A DNA stretch of 64,000 bases from an uncultured Fibrobacteraceae bacterium (lineage in GTDB: Bacteria > Krumholzibacteriota > Krumholzibacteriia > LZORAL124-64-63), in the NCBI GenBank assembly GCA_964461255.1, contig CAYWTR010000015.1, forward strand, positions 6,983 through 70,982, given 5' to 3'. The position numbers and the translations under genes were made by a program. The notes under the pieces were generated by a model. The model ran no database searches. It was not told the DNA's origin and worked only from the letters and a program-made list of their open reading frames with translations. Below, piece by piece: positions 9,233 to 19,520 of this stretch. Position 1 is the stretch's first letter, and each line of letters starts with the position of its first letter.

Positions 9233-11338
9233 GTGTCAAGCCGCCTGTTCCACCCGCGAAGGCCGCGCGCGCGCTACTTGGCTGCCGCGGCGGCGTTGCT
9301 CGCGCTGGCCGGCGCGCTGCCGGCGGCCGCGCAGCTCGAGCGCGACCGCCCCCAGCCCCCGGGAGCGCCCGAGCCTCCCACCGTCCACGCCCGCCTGGCT
9401 CGCGCCGGCGCCGCCGCCGATCATCCCGGCGCCGGCCACCTCATCGTGCTCGACCACGCCGTCAACCACGTCGAGCCCAGCGGCGTCACCTACATCGACC
9501 ATTACCAGCTGCTGAAGATCCTGACCCCGGCGGGGGCGGTGCAGCGCTCGGCGCTGGTGTGGCCCTACGATCCGCGCAGCAGCCACGTGGAGATCGCCGA
9601 GGTCAACCTGGTGCGAGACGGACGGCGGCTGCCGGTCGATCTGGCGGCGCTCAAGGATCTGCCGGCGCCGCAGGCCGCCATCTACTGGGCGGATCGCATC
9701 AAGACGCTGCAGCTGCCGCGGTTGCGGGCCGGCGACGGCGTCGAGATCGTGGCGATGCGCAAGGGCTACAACTACGCCCTGCTGCGCGACGGCGGGGACG
9801 AGGCGCCCCGCCTGGCGGGCGCCCGCGAGCGCATCCGCGGCGCCGGCGACGAGGACGACCGTTACATCCCCCCCATGGCCGGCGAGTACTTCGACATCGT
9901 GGTGATGCAGGCCGACGTGCCCATCGTCGAGAAGCGGTACGAGCTGGTGCTGCCGGCGGACAAGCGTCTGATCAGCCAGGTCTACAACGGCCCGCTCTAC
10001 GCGCGCACGGACTACGACGCGCAGGCCACGCGCTACAGCTGGTGGATCGAGAACGTCCCCGCGAGGCCGCGCGAGCCGCGCCAGCCGGGCGAGCAGGACA
10101 TCTGCCCCAAGGTGGTGATGACCACGGCTCCCAGCTGGGAGGCGAAGTCGCGCTGGTTCCTGGACGTCAACCGCAACCAGTTCGAGATCACCGGCGACAT
10201 CCGCGCGCACGTCGCGAGCGTGCTGGCGGAGGCCGGGCTGACCCAGCGCAGCGATCCCCTGCAGGTCGCCAAGGCGCTGAACCACTGGGTGGCGCAGAAC
10301 ATCCGTTACAGCGGCCAGACGATGGGCGAGGGCGAAGGCTTCACGCTGCATCCGTCGCACATGTTGTTCGAGTACCGCAGCGGCGTCTGCAAGGACATCG
10401 CCTCGATGAGCGTGACCCTGCTGCGCGCGGCGGGACTGGCCGCCTATCCCGCGATGACCATGGCCGGCAGCCGCATCGAGGACATCCCGGCCGACCAGTT
10501 CAACCATTGCGTGGTCGCCTGGGAGCAGGCGCCCGGCGAGTTCGTGATGCTCGACCCCACCTGGGTGCCTTTCACCAACGACATCTGGTCGAAGCTGGAG
10601 ACCGAGCAGCAGTACGTGATCGGTCACCCGCAGGGGATGGCGCTGCAGGAGATCCGCTACAGCCCGCCGGAGGAATCGCCGCTGGCGGTGCGGCACACGG
10701 CCGAGCTGCGGCCGGACGGAACGCTGTCCGGCAGGCTGCGCCTGGAGGGGCGGGGAGCCCTGGACGGACGTTTGCGCAGCCTGGTGGCGGGGCAGTCGCG
10801 GCGCGGTCTGACGCCGGCGCTGGCGGCCCTGCTGGCGCAGGCCAGCCCCCGCGCGGTCGTGCAGACGGTCGCGCACCGCGCGCCGGACGATTTCACGGGC
10901 GACATGTGGCTGGAGATCGCCTACGAGGCGCCCGGGCACGCCCTGGAGGTCGGCGACGGACTGGAGTTCAAGCCGATGGCGGCCGCGCTGCTGAAGGACC
11001 ATCCCTCGCTCTTCCGCGCCGGCGCGAGCGACTGGCCGGCCGAGCGCCGCACGGACCTGCTGCTGTACCACACCCAACGCCTGGAGCTTGTCGAGGAGAT
11101 CCGCCTGCCCGCCGGCTACCGGCTGGCCAGCGCGCCGCTGCCGGCCGGCGTCGACGAGACCTACGCCGCCTTCAGCGCCGAAGCGGAGCTGCGTGGTCGG
11201 ACGCTGCGCCTGCAGGCGCGCACCGATATCCGGCGCCGCCAGATCCCGCCGGACGGTTACGCCGGCTTCCGGAAGACGGTCGCCGCGCTCGACGATTTCG
11301 CCGCGACCGTCATCCGCGTGAGCAAGGGAGGTTCATGA
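9233..11338 (+). CDS. Secreted DUF3857-like plus transglutaminase-like cysteine protease domain protein
   Basis: Signal peptide, then transglutaminase core with Cys/His/Asp context (YRSGVCKDIASMSVTLLRAAGLAAYPAMT ... FNHCVVAWE ... VMLDPTW). Confidence 0.65.
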   Translation: MSSRLFHPRRPRARYLAAAAALLALAGALPAAAQLERDRPQPPGAPEPPTVHARLARAGAAADHPGAGHLIVLDHAVNHVEPSGVTYIDHYQLLKILTPAGAVQRSALVWPYDPRSSHVEIAEVNLVRDGRRLPVDLAALKDLPAPQAAIYWADRIKTLQLPRLRAGDGVEIVAMRKGYNYALLRDGGDEAPRLAGARERIRGAGDEDDRYIPPMAGEYFDIVVMQADVPIVEKRYELVLPADKRLISQVYNGPLYARTDYDAQATRYSWWIENVPARPREPRQPGEQDICPKVVMTTAPSWEAKSRWFLDVNRNQFEITGDIRAHVASVLAEAGLTQRSDPLQVAKALNHWVAQNIRYSGQTMGEGEGFTLHPSHMLFEYRSGVCKDIASMSVTLLRAAGLAAYPAMTMAGSRIEDIPADQFNHCVVAWEQAPGEFVMLDPTWVPFTNDIWSKLETEQQYVIGHPQGMALQEIRYSPPEESPLAVRHTAELRPDGTLSGRLRLEGRGALDGRLRSLVAGQSRRGLTPALAALLAQASPRAVVQTVAHRAPDDFTGDMWLEIAYEAPGHALEVGDGLEFKPMAAALLKDHPSLFRAGASDWPAERRTDLLLYHTQRLELVEEIRLPAGYRLASAPLPAGVDETYAAFSAEAELRGRTLRLQARTDIRRRQIPPDGYAGFRKTVAALDDFAATVIRVSKGGS

Positions 11339-13245
11339 TGGGCCGGCTGTCGCTGCCGCTGCTGGCGCTGGGTCTGCTGGCGCACGCGCCGGTCGCTCGC
11401 GCCGCGGCCGACTACCCCGCCGCCGATCCGCGCCCCCTGCTGGAGGAGGCGAGCGCCGCCTGGGACCTGTCGCAACAGGACGCCGTGCTGCTGCGCGAAG
11501 AAGCGCGCCACGTCCAGCTCGCGGACGGGCGGTGGCGCGAGGAGCGCCGCCGCGTGGTCTGGATCCGCACGCACTGGGCGCTGGGCGTTTTCGCCGATCT
11601 GCGGCTGCCTTGGGACAGCGCGCGGCAGACCTTCACGGTCGGCGCGCTGCGCGTCTGGCGCGACGGGCGCTGGATCGAGGGGCGGCCGACCGCCGTGGTC
11701 GAGACCACCCCCTTCGCCCTGCGCGACGCGCCCGATTACGCCTCCGTGCGCGAGACGATGCTGCTGCACGACGGCATCGAGCTGCCCTGCGTTTTGGAAT
11801 GCGCTTACGCGCTGGAGGACCTGGCGCCGCCGCGCGGCGGCCGTGAGGGGCTGTGGGCCTTCCGCCATGTCGTCCCCGCGCTGGAGAGCCGCCTGACCAT
11901 CGAGACGCCGGCCGGCGCGCCGTTGCGCGCGCTGCCGGCCGGCGGCGCCCCGGCGGCCAGGCCGGAGCCCGCCGGCGGCGAGCCGGGCCGCACGGTTCTG
12001 ACGTTCGCCATGCGCCGCACGGAGGCGGCGCCGCTGTTCGCGGCCGACCCGCCCGAAGCCGACCTGCCGCGCGTGGCCTGGTCCAGCTTCGCGGACTGGC
12101 CGGCGCTGGGCCAGGCCGTGGCCGCCGGCCTGGACGGCGGCGATGAACTGGACGCGGCGCTGGTCGACAGCCTGGAGGCGCTGCGCGTGGGCGGGCCGCC
12201 CATCGCGGAACTGGCCGGTCGCGTCGCCGCCTTCGTCGCCCGGGCGCACCGCCATGTCCACTATCCGGCGCGGGTGCTGCCGCCGGCCGCGCGGCCGGTG
12301 GCGCGCATCCACGACACCGCCTACGGCGGCGATCTCGACCTGGCGGCGCTGGCGGCGGCGCTGTTGCGGCGTGCCGGCTGCCGGGTATGGCCGGCCCTGG
12401 TGGGCCGGGGGCACGGTTCCATCGACGGCGAGCCGCCCTCGCTGGCGCTGCTGCGCGCACCAGGCCTTTGGCTGGAGGCCGACGGCCTGGCGGCCTACTG
12501 GGACGCCGCCACCGGACACCTGCACCACGGCGGCGGCTTCCTCAGCGGGCGGACCCTGTGGCGGATAGGGCTCGACGAGCGGCCGGCCGTCTGGCCGCCC
12601 GGCGGCGACGGCGGCGGCCGCCTCGACCTGAGCGTCCTGCTGCGTTGGGACGCCGCCGCGAAGCGCTGGACCGGCAGCGGCTACCTGGAGGCGGCGGGCG
12701 CGTGCAGCCCCTACGACCAGATGGCGGGCCCGGGCGGCGCGGCGCAGGCGGAGCTGGACCGCATGATCAGCGGCGTGCTGGCGGGCATGGCCACCCAGTC
12801 CTATGGCCCTCGTGCCTTCGCACCCACAGCTGTCGGCCTGCATTTCGATCTGCGCCCAGCAGCCGCCGCGCGCGACACTCTGGGCCGCCTGCCATTGGCG
12901 ATCGGCGCTCCCGCCGGCGGACCGCTGTCGCTCGTGCCCGGCGACTGGAAGCTGCATCTGCCCGCGCGCGAGGCTGCGGCACGGCTGCCCGGTCCGCTGG
13001 CCCAGACCATCAAGATCGACGTCGATCTGGGCGGGCTCGAGAGCGTCCGCCTGCCGGCGCCGGTCCAGATCAGCAACGCGGCGGGAAGCTTCCGGCTCGA
13101 GGCCGCGCGCGCGGGCGAGCGGCTCTCGATCACCCGCGCGCTGCGGCTGGACCGGGCGCGCTACGAGCCGGCGGACTGGCCGGCATTGCGCGCGCTGCTG
13201 CTGGCGGAAAGCGGCTCCGCCGGCCGCCTGGTCCTGCTGCGGTAG
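11335..13245 (+). CDS. Secreted DUF3858-like protein, partner of the transglutaminase-like gene
   Basis: Start ATGATGG overlaps the upstream stop (ATGA coupling). Signal peptide MMGRLSLPLLALGLLAHAPVARA. The pairing is typical of DUF3857/DUF3858 operons. Confidence 0.5.
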   Translation: MMGRLSLPLLALGLLAHAPVARAAADYPAADPRPLLEEASAAWDLSQQDAVLLREEARHVQLADGRWREERRRVVWIRTHWALGVFADLRLPWDSARQTFTVGALRVWRDGRWIEGRPTAVVETTPFALRDAPDYASVRETMLLHDGIELPCVLECAYALEDLAPPRGGREGLWAFRHVVPALESRLTIETPAGAPLRALPAGGAPAARPEPAGGEPGRTVLTFAMRRTEAAPLFAADPPEADLPRVAWSSFADWPALGQAVAAGLDGGDELDAALVDSLEALRVGGPPIAELAGRVAAFVARAHRHVHYPARVLPPAARPVARIHDTAYGGDLDLAALAAALLRRAGCRVWPALVGRGHGSIDGEPPSLALLRAPGLWLEADGLAAYWDAATGHLHHGGGFLSGRTLWRIGLDERPAVWPPGGDGGGRLDLSVLLRWDAAAKRWTGSGYLEAAGACSPYDQMAGPGGAAQAELDRMISGVLAGMATQSYGPRAFAPTAVGLHFDLRPAAAARDTLGRLPLAIGAPAGGPLSLVPGDWKLHLPAREAAARLPGPLAQTIKIDVDLGGLESVRLPAPVQISNAAGSFRLEAARAGERLSITRALRLDRARYEPADWPALRALLLAESGSAGRLVLLR

Positions 13246-13263
13246 GCGGACCGCCGTGCCGCG

Positions 13264-13602
13264 CTAGTGGTCGCAGACGTTCTCGCCCTGGCGCAGCGTG
13301 CCCGCCAGGTAATCGGCCACAAGCCGCTCGGGCGCTTCGGCCGGGGCGCCCACCATGACCTCGATGCCCTGCGCCGCGAAGAGCTCGCGCGCTCGCTGCC
13401 CCATCCCGCCGGCGATGATCACGCTCGCCCCCTGCTGCGCCAGCCAGGGCGGCAACAGACCAGGCTGATGCGGCGGGGCGGGAATGTCCTCGCGCGCGAG
13501 CACGCGCTGCGCGGCGGGATCGACATCGAGCAGGGCGAAGCTGGCGCAGTGGCCGAAATGCAAGGCCAGCTTGCCGTCGGCGAGCGGGATGGCGATGCGC
13601 AT
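13264..13602 (-). CDS. NifX/NifB-like Fe-Mo cluster-binding family protein (DUF134)
   Basis: MRIAIPLADGKLALHFGHCASFALLD ... VIIAGGMGQRARELFAAQGIEVMVG. RBS caaggagaacggacagATG. Confidence 0.75.
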   Translation of the reverse strand: MRIAIPLADGKLALHFGHCASFALLDVDPAAQRVLAREDIPAPPHQPGLLPPWLAQQGASVIIAGGMGQRARELFAAQGIEVMVGAPAEAPERLVADYLAGTLRQGENVCDH

Positions 13603-13659
13603 CTGTCCGTTCTCCTTGATTGATGTGATCCTGCGGCCGCCGCGGCGGCCGGACGCGGG

Positions 13660-14559
13660 TCACGCCGCCGCCGCGCCGTCCACCAGGGACAACACGCGAC
13701 GCCAGACCCGGCGAATGTCCTCCGCGGAGGGGGTCTCGATCTCGACGACGGCGCGCGCCGCCAGTTGCGCGCGGGTCACACCCGCGTCGTAACGGATTCG
13801 CCCGACCGGCACCGCGCCCGCCGCCAGCGCCCGCGCCTCGATGCGCTCACTCAAGGCGGGCGAAAGATCCCACTTGTTGACGCAGACCGCCGCGGGCAGC
13901 CCGAAATGGCGCGCCAGCGACAGCACGCGCGCCAGGTCGTGATCGCCGGCAACCGTCGGCTCGGTCACGACCACCACCAGCGAGGCGCCCGTGACCGAGG
14001 CGATGACCGGGCAGCCGATTCCCGGCGGCCCGTCCACGAGCACGAGCCCGCGCTGCTGCGCCTCCGCCAACCGCCGCGCCTCCCGCCGCACAGTCGACAC
14101 CAGTTTGCCCGAGTTCTCGGCGGCGATCCCAAGGCGCGCGTGCACCATGGGACCGCTGCGCGTGTCGGAGACCATCCATTCCCCGCAAAGGCGCTCGGGG
14201 AAATCGATGGCCTGCGCCGGGCAGAGCCGCACGCAGAGACCACAGCCCTCGCAGGCGATGGGATCGACGGCGAAGATGGGCGCGCCCTGCTCGCCGGCCG
14301 CGACGCGCATGGCGTCGAATCGGCAGTGCGCCAGGCAGTCGCCACAGCCGGTGCAATCAGCCGGTCGGATGATCGCCTCGCGGCCGCTGTGGAAAGGCCG
14401 GCGCGCGCGCAGGTGCGGCTCCAGCACCAGATGCAGGTCGGCCGCGTCGACGTCGCAGTCGGCGACGACCGCATCCCCGCTGAGAATGGCGAACGAAGCG
14501 GTCAGGCTGGTCTTGCCCGTGCCGCCCTTGCCGCTGATGACCACGATCTCGCGCATCAC
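13660..14559 (-). CDS. MinD/ParA-superfamily P-loop ATPase with inserted 2x[4Fe-4S] ferredoxin domain (COG1149-type)
   Basis: Walker A GKGGTGKTS. Two Cys clusters, CTGCGDCLAHC and CEGCGLCVRLCP, inserted into the ATPase fold. Confidence 0.8.
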   Translation of the reverse strand: MMREIVVISGKGGTGKTSLTASFAILSGDAVVADCDVDAADLHLVLEPHLRARRPFHSGREAIIRPADCTGCGDCLAHCRFDAMRVAAGEQGAPIFAVDPIACEGCGLCVRLCPAQAIDFPERLCGEWMVSDTRSGPMVHARLGIAAENSGKLVSTVRREARRLAEAQQRGLVLVDGPPGIGCPVIASVTGASLVVVVTEPTVAGDHDLARVLSLARHFGLPAAVCVNKWDLSPALSERIEARALAAGAVPVGRIRYDAGVTRAQLAARAVVEIETPSAEDIRRVWRRVLSLVDGAAAA

Positions 14560-15395
14560 GCCTCCCGCGGCGTCATGACAAGCTCGCCCAGGCGCGCAAA
14601 CAGCGGCCGGTAGGCCGGCAGCGCGTCGATCAGCAACGCTCCCTCCGCGTACGCCTCGGCGATGCGCCGGTCATCGGGAATCTCGAGCAGGATCGGTATC
14701 CCCTGCTGCGCGCACCATTCCTGGACACGCCGGTCGCCGGCGCCGGCCCGGTTGATCACCACGCCGTGCGGCAGTTCCAGCTCGCGCGCCAGCGCCGCCG
14801 CCAGGGTCAGGTCGTGCAAGCCGAAGGGCGTCGGCTCGGTCACCAGCAGCAAGTAGTCCGCGCCGCGCACCGCCGCGATCACCGGGCACGATGTCCCCGG
14901 CGGCGCGTCGATCAACGCCGGCAGATCATCTCGCCCTCGCTGTCTCACAGCTCTGATCAGCGGCGGAGCCGCGGGCACCCCGACGTCGAGCCTTCCCTGG
15001 ATCAGCGTGATCGGTCCCGCCGTCAGGGTCTCCACGACACCGATGCGCCGGCCCGTTTCGCTGATGGCGCGTTGAGGACAGACCAGGGCGCAGCCGCCGC
15101 AGCCGTGGCAGAGCTCGGCGAAGACAAGCGGCTCCGTCCCGAACGAGACGATGGCGTGGTACTGGCAGAAGCGGCTGCACTCGCCGCAGCCGTCGCAGCG
15201 AGCCGCATCGACCACCGGGACGGGCAGCGTCACCTCGACGCTGTCGCGGCATGTTCCCGCCAGGAACAGGTGCGCGTTGGGCGCCTCGACATCGCAATCC
15301 AGCAGCTGCACCGGTTCTCCCAGAGCCTTGGCCAGGTTCACCGCGACCGTGGTCTTGCCGGTGCCGCCCTTGCCCGAAGCCACGGCGACGATCAT
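14556..15395 (-). CDS. MinD/ParA-superfamily P-loop ATPase with inserted 2x[4Fe-4S] ferredoxin domain (second copy)
   Basis: Walker A GKGGTGKTT. Cys clusters CDGCGECSRFC and CHGCGGCALVCP. Start at MIVAVASGKGG (15395) overlaps the upstream stop (ATGA). The stop overlaps the downstream paralog start. Confidence 0.8.
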   Translation of the reverse strand: MIVAVASGKGGTGKTTVAVNLAKALGEPVQLLDCDVEAPNAHLFLAGTCRDSVEVTLPVPVVDAARCDGCGECSRFCQYHAIVSFGTEPLVFAELCHGCGGCALVCPQRAISETGRRIGVVETLTAGPITLIQGRLDVGVPAAPPLIRAVRQRGRDDLPALIDAPPGTSCPVIAAVRGADYLLLVTEPTPFGLHDLTLAAALARELELPHGVVINRAGAGDRRVQEWCAQQGIPILLEIPDDRRIAEAYAEGALLIDALPAYRPLFARLGELVMTPREA

Positions 15396-15754
15396 GCCCA
15401 GTGGCCTTCCACGTCCGCGTCGCTCGCCGGCGCCAGCTCCCCGGCGCGGAAGCGCTCCACGGCCGCCGCCACGGTCGGCGCTTCCGTGTTGTGGATGGAG
15501 ATGCCAGCGGCCTGCAGCACCCGAAACGCCTTCGGCCCGCAATGCCCCGTCACCAGCGCCCTTGCCCCGCTGCGCGCGATGGTCTCGGCCGCCTGCACCC
15601 CCGCGCCTGAGGCGGCCGCCAGGTTCTGCGCGTTGTCGATCACCTGGAATTCATCGGCGTCCAGATCGTAGACGATGAAGCATGCCGCCCGGCCGAAACG
15701 GGGATCCAGCGGCGCGTCCAGCGCCCCGGCCGTCGCTGTCAGCGCGATCTTCAC
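15392..15754 (-). CDS. NifX/NifB-like Fe-Mo cluster-binding family protein (DUF134)
   Basis: VKIALTATAGALDAPLDPRFGRAACFIVYD ... LVTGHCGPKAFRVLQAAGISI ... ERFRAGEL. GTG start preceded by GGAAGGAG with 6-nt spacing. Confidence 0.75.
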   Translation of the reverse strand: MKIALTATAGALDAPLDPRFGRAACFIVYDLDADEFQVIDNAQNLAAASGAGVQAAETIARSGARALVTGHCGPKAFRVLQAAGISIHNTEAPTVAAAVERFRAGELAPASDADVEGHWA

Positions 15755-15851
15755 TCTGCGCTCCTTCCGTAGCGCCGGCGCCGGGCGGCGGTCTCGCCGC
15801 ATCGCCCCCGACGCGGACCGCCCGCCGCGGCGCCGGCCTGCCCAGACGTAC

Positions 15852-16217
15852 TCACGCGCCCGTGTTGTCCGACGCGAGCTCCTGCAGCCGTTTCTCGACC
15901 GCCGCCAGTTGCGCTTTCAGGTCTCCGGCCAGCTGGCGCAGACCCTGCAGCTCCCGGCCGGCATCAAGCGGCGCCCACGGCGCGGGCGCGAAGCCCGCCC
16001 CCGTGGGCAGCCAGCCCGGCTGCCCGGTCGCCCAGGCCCGGTTGCGCCAACCGCGCCCCGCGCCGAAGCCCGGACCGTCGCCCCAGGCGCCGCGCGCGAA
16101 GCGGCGGCCCGGCCAGCCGCTCGCGTACCCGGGCCAGGCGCCGCCGCCGCAGTACCCGGCGCCGCGCCCTGTCATCGGTCCCTGACCCCAGGGTCCCGTC
16201 CTGTCTCCTCCCGGCAT
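15852..16217 (-). CDS. DUF5320-like small protein: Gly/Trp/Pro-rich N-terminal repeats plus C-terminal coiled coil
   Basis: MPGGDRTGPWGQGPMTGRGAGYCGGGAWPGY ... then LQGLRQLAGDLKAQLAAVEKRLQELA. AAGGAGG RBS, 7 nt before the ATG at 16217. Confidence 0.55.
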   Translation of the reverse strand: MPGGDRTGPWGQGPMTGRGAGYCGGGAWPGYASGWPGRRFARGAWGDGPGFGAGRGWRNRAWATGQPGWLPTGAGFAPAPWAPLDAGRELQGLRQLAGDLKAQLAAVEKRLQELASDNTGA

Positions 16218-16262
16218 GGTCATGCCTCCTTTCACATCGCGCCTCTCCACCGCCGCGCAGCA

Positions 16263-16913
16263 TCAGCCATCCCGGCGCATGGCGATCCCGCACTGCGGGC
16301 AGCGCTGCTGCGCGCAGGGGACGCCCCGCGCATGCGGCTCCCGGCGCCCGCACTGCGGGCAGACACAGCTGCCGCCGGGACCGCCCGCCTGCGGCCCTCC
16401 CATGCGACCGCGGCCGCCGCCTCCCGCGCCGCCGCCACGTCCTCCTCCGGCACCGCCGCCTCTTGCGCCGCCGCCACGTCCTCCGCCGGCACCGCCGCCG
16501 CCACCGCCGCCGCCGCCGCCACCACGTCCCATGCCTCTCATCGCCCTGTTCCTTCCCAGGCCGCGCCCGCGTCCGGCGCCGCAGCATCCCGGCATCGCGA
16601 AGCGCTCGCCTTCCAGGCGCGCTTCCAGCCACGCCCGCACGATCTCCTCCATCTCCCCGGCCACGAACGGAATCACCTTGATGCCGTAAGACTCGATCAG
16701 CTCCTGCAGGGGCCGCGAGATCGCGCCGCACACCAGCACCTGCGCGCCGCGCTCGGCCAGCCTGAGGGCCCTGGCGGCCGGCGGTTCGAGCGGCAGCATC
16801 TCGTCCGCCGTGCCGACGATGCGCCCCCCCTCCGCTTCCACCACCCGCATCCGTCGCGCGACGTCGAAGACCGGCGCCAACCTGTCGTTCCAGATCGCGA
16901 AAGCCGCCTTCAT
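16263..16913 (-). CDS. DUF134-like domain fused to a Gly/Arg-rich low-complexity region and a C-terminal CxxC...CxxC zinc ribbon
   Basis: N-terminal about 105 aa NifX-like (AFAIWNDRLAPVFDVARRMRVVEAEG...QVLVCGAISRPLQELIESYGIKVIP). Then GGGRGGGA x4. Then CVCPQCGRREPHARGVPCAQQRCPQCG. Confidence 0.65.
   Translation of the reverse strand: MKAAFAIWNDRLAPVFDVARRMRVVEAEGGRIVGTADEMLPLEPPAARALRLAERGAQVLVCGAISRPLQELIESYGIKVIPFVAGEMEEIVRAWLEARLEGERFAMPGCCGAGRGRGLGRNRAMRGMGRGGGGGGGGGGGAGGGRGGGARGGGAGGGRGGGAGGGGRGRMGGPQAGGPGGSCVCPQCGRREPHARGVPCAQQRCPQCGIAMRRDG
16373..16586. repeat. Imperfect about 39-bp tandem repeats (GC-only codons) encoding the GGGRGGGA low-complexity tract
   Basis: ccgccgccacgtcctcc(t/g)ccggcaccgccgcc... 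is repeated 2.5 times within the coding sequence. Confidence 0.6.
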
Positions 16914-16960
16914 GCGGGCGCTCCTCTCTGCGGGCTGGGGGAAAGATCCAGCATGGATCG

Positions 16961-16999
16961 CGCCGCCGGCACCGCGGTTCGTTCATTGACACAACGTGT
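16961..16999. promoter_or_regulatory. AT-rich island with consensus TTGACA and TATAAT hexamers and an ACAC-N3-GTGT inverted repeat. It lies upstream of the minus-strand NifX-like/ATPase cluster, just downstream of the sigma-54 activator gene
   Basis: ttgacacaacgtgtttatttataattgattatgatgaca sits in an otherwise about 70% GC context. The hexamer spacing is only 13 nt, so this may be a DNA-bending or binding site rather than a promoter. Confidence 0.3.
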
Positions 17000-17098
17000 T
17001 TATTTATAATTGATTATGATGACAGCCGGCGCAGGCCGGCCGGATTTACAGTCGCGTTATTGCTACGATATGTGTTCCAAAGGGTCGCGGATATGAGA

Positions 17099-18484
<1,386 letters not shown>

Positions 18485-18510
18485 GGCGCGGCCGTCGCGG
18501 CCGCCTCCTC

Positions 18511-19506
18511 CTAGAACTGCTTGGGCGCCTCGGGCTTGTTGGCCACGATCTTCTCGATCTCCTCCAGCACGGGCGCGGTCAACCGCGGCAGCACGCGCAG
18601 GGCGTCCAGGTTCTCGCGCAGCTGCTCTAGCCGCGACGCGCCCAGGATGACGGTGCTGACGCGCGGGTTGACCAGGCACCAGGCGATGGCCAGCTGCGCC
18701 AGCGTGCAGCCCAGCTCGGCCGCCACCGGTTCCAGCGCGGCGGCGGTGCGGATCCGCGCGCGGCCCTTGTCCGACAGCACATGCTCGCGCAGCCATTCGT
18801 AGCCGGGCAGGGTCAGGCGCGAACCGGCGGGGACACCGTCCTTGTACTTGCCCGTGAGAATTCCGGCGGCCAGCGGCGACCAGGTTGTCAACCCCAGGCC
18901 GGCCCCCTCGCAAAGCGGCAGGTATTCCCGCTCGACCCGCTCGCGATGCAGCAGGTGATACTGCGGCTGTTCCATCGCCGGCGGCGTCAGGCCGTACTGC
19001 CGCGCTGCGCCATGGGCCTCCTGGATCTGCTGCGCGCTCCACTCCGACGTCCCCCAGTACAGCACCTTGCCCTGCCGCACCAGCTCGTCCATCGCCCGCA
19101 CCGTCTCCTCGATCGGCGTGCTCAGGTCGGGGCGATGGCAGAAGTACAGATCGAGATAATCCAGCTGCAGCCGCCTCAGCGCGGCGTCGCATGCCTCGCG
19201 CACGTGCTTGCGGTGCAGGCCGCGCTGCGTGGGCCGCTGGCCGCCCCAGTACACCTTGCTGGACACGCAGTAGGTGTCCCGGCCCCACCCCAGCCGCGCG
19301 AGCGCGCGGCCCATGATCAGCTCGCTCTGGCCGTCGGCGTAGACCTCGGCGTTGTCGAAGAAATTGACGCCGGCGTCGTAGGCCGTCTTCATGCAGGCGG
19401 CCGCGCCCTCGTCGTCCAGCTGCGCGTGGAAGGTGACCCACGAGCCGAACGACAGGGCGCCCAGCTTCAGGCCGCTGCGCCCCAGGTTGCGGTAGGGCAT
19501 CTCCAT
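18511..19506 (-). CDS. Aldo/keto reductase, Kv-beta-subunit-like family
   Basis: MEMPYRNLGRSGLKLGALSFGSWVTF ... typical AKR N-terminus and (alpha/beta)8 motifs. The 27-nt gap to the downstream regulator suggests co-transcription. Confidence 0.8.
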   Translation of the reverse strand: MEMPYRNLGRSGLKLGALSFGSWVTFHAQLDDEGAAACMKTAYDAGVNFFDNAEVYADGQSELIMGRALARLGWGRDTYCVSSKVYWGGQRPTQRGLHRKHVREACDAALRRLQLDYLDLYFCHRPDLSTPIEETVRAMDELVRQGKVLYWGTSEWSAQQIQEAHGAARQYGLTPPAMEQPQYHLLHRERVEREYLPLCEGAGLGLTTWSPLAAGILTGKYKDGVPAGSRLTLPGYEWLREHVLSDKGRARIRTAAALEPVAAELGCTLAQLAIAWCLVNPRVSTVILGASRLEQLRENLDALRVLPRLTAPVLEEIEKIVANKPEAPKQF

Positions 19507-19520
19507 GCCGGCGGCTCCGT

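Noticed and set aside
16373-16586. Possible CRISPR-like or other non-coding repeat array
   Set aside because: The GC-only about 39-bp repeats are in-frame coding repeats producing GGGRGGGA, with no spacer-repeat architecture. Likewise the 90-bp repeats at 61171-61530 encode TSP3 units. No CRISPR array or cas genes are present in the window.
15675-17009. 444-aa plus-strand ORF spanning the DUF5320-like and Gly/Arg-repeat genes
   Set aside because: It is antisense to two genes with good RBSs and recognisable domains. Its own product is Pro/Arg/Ala low complexity.
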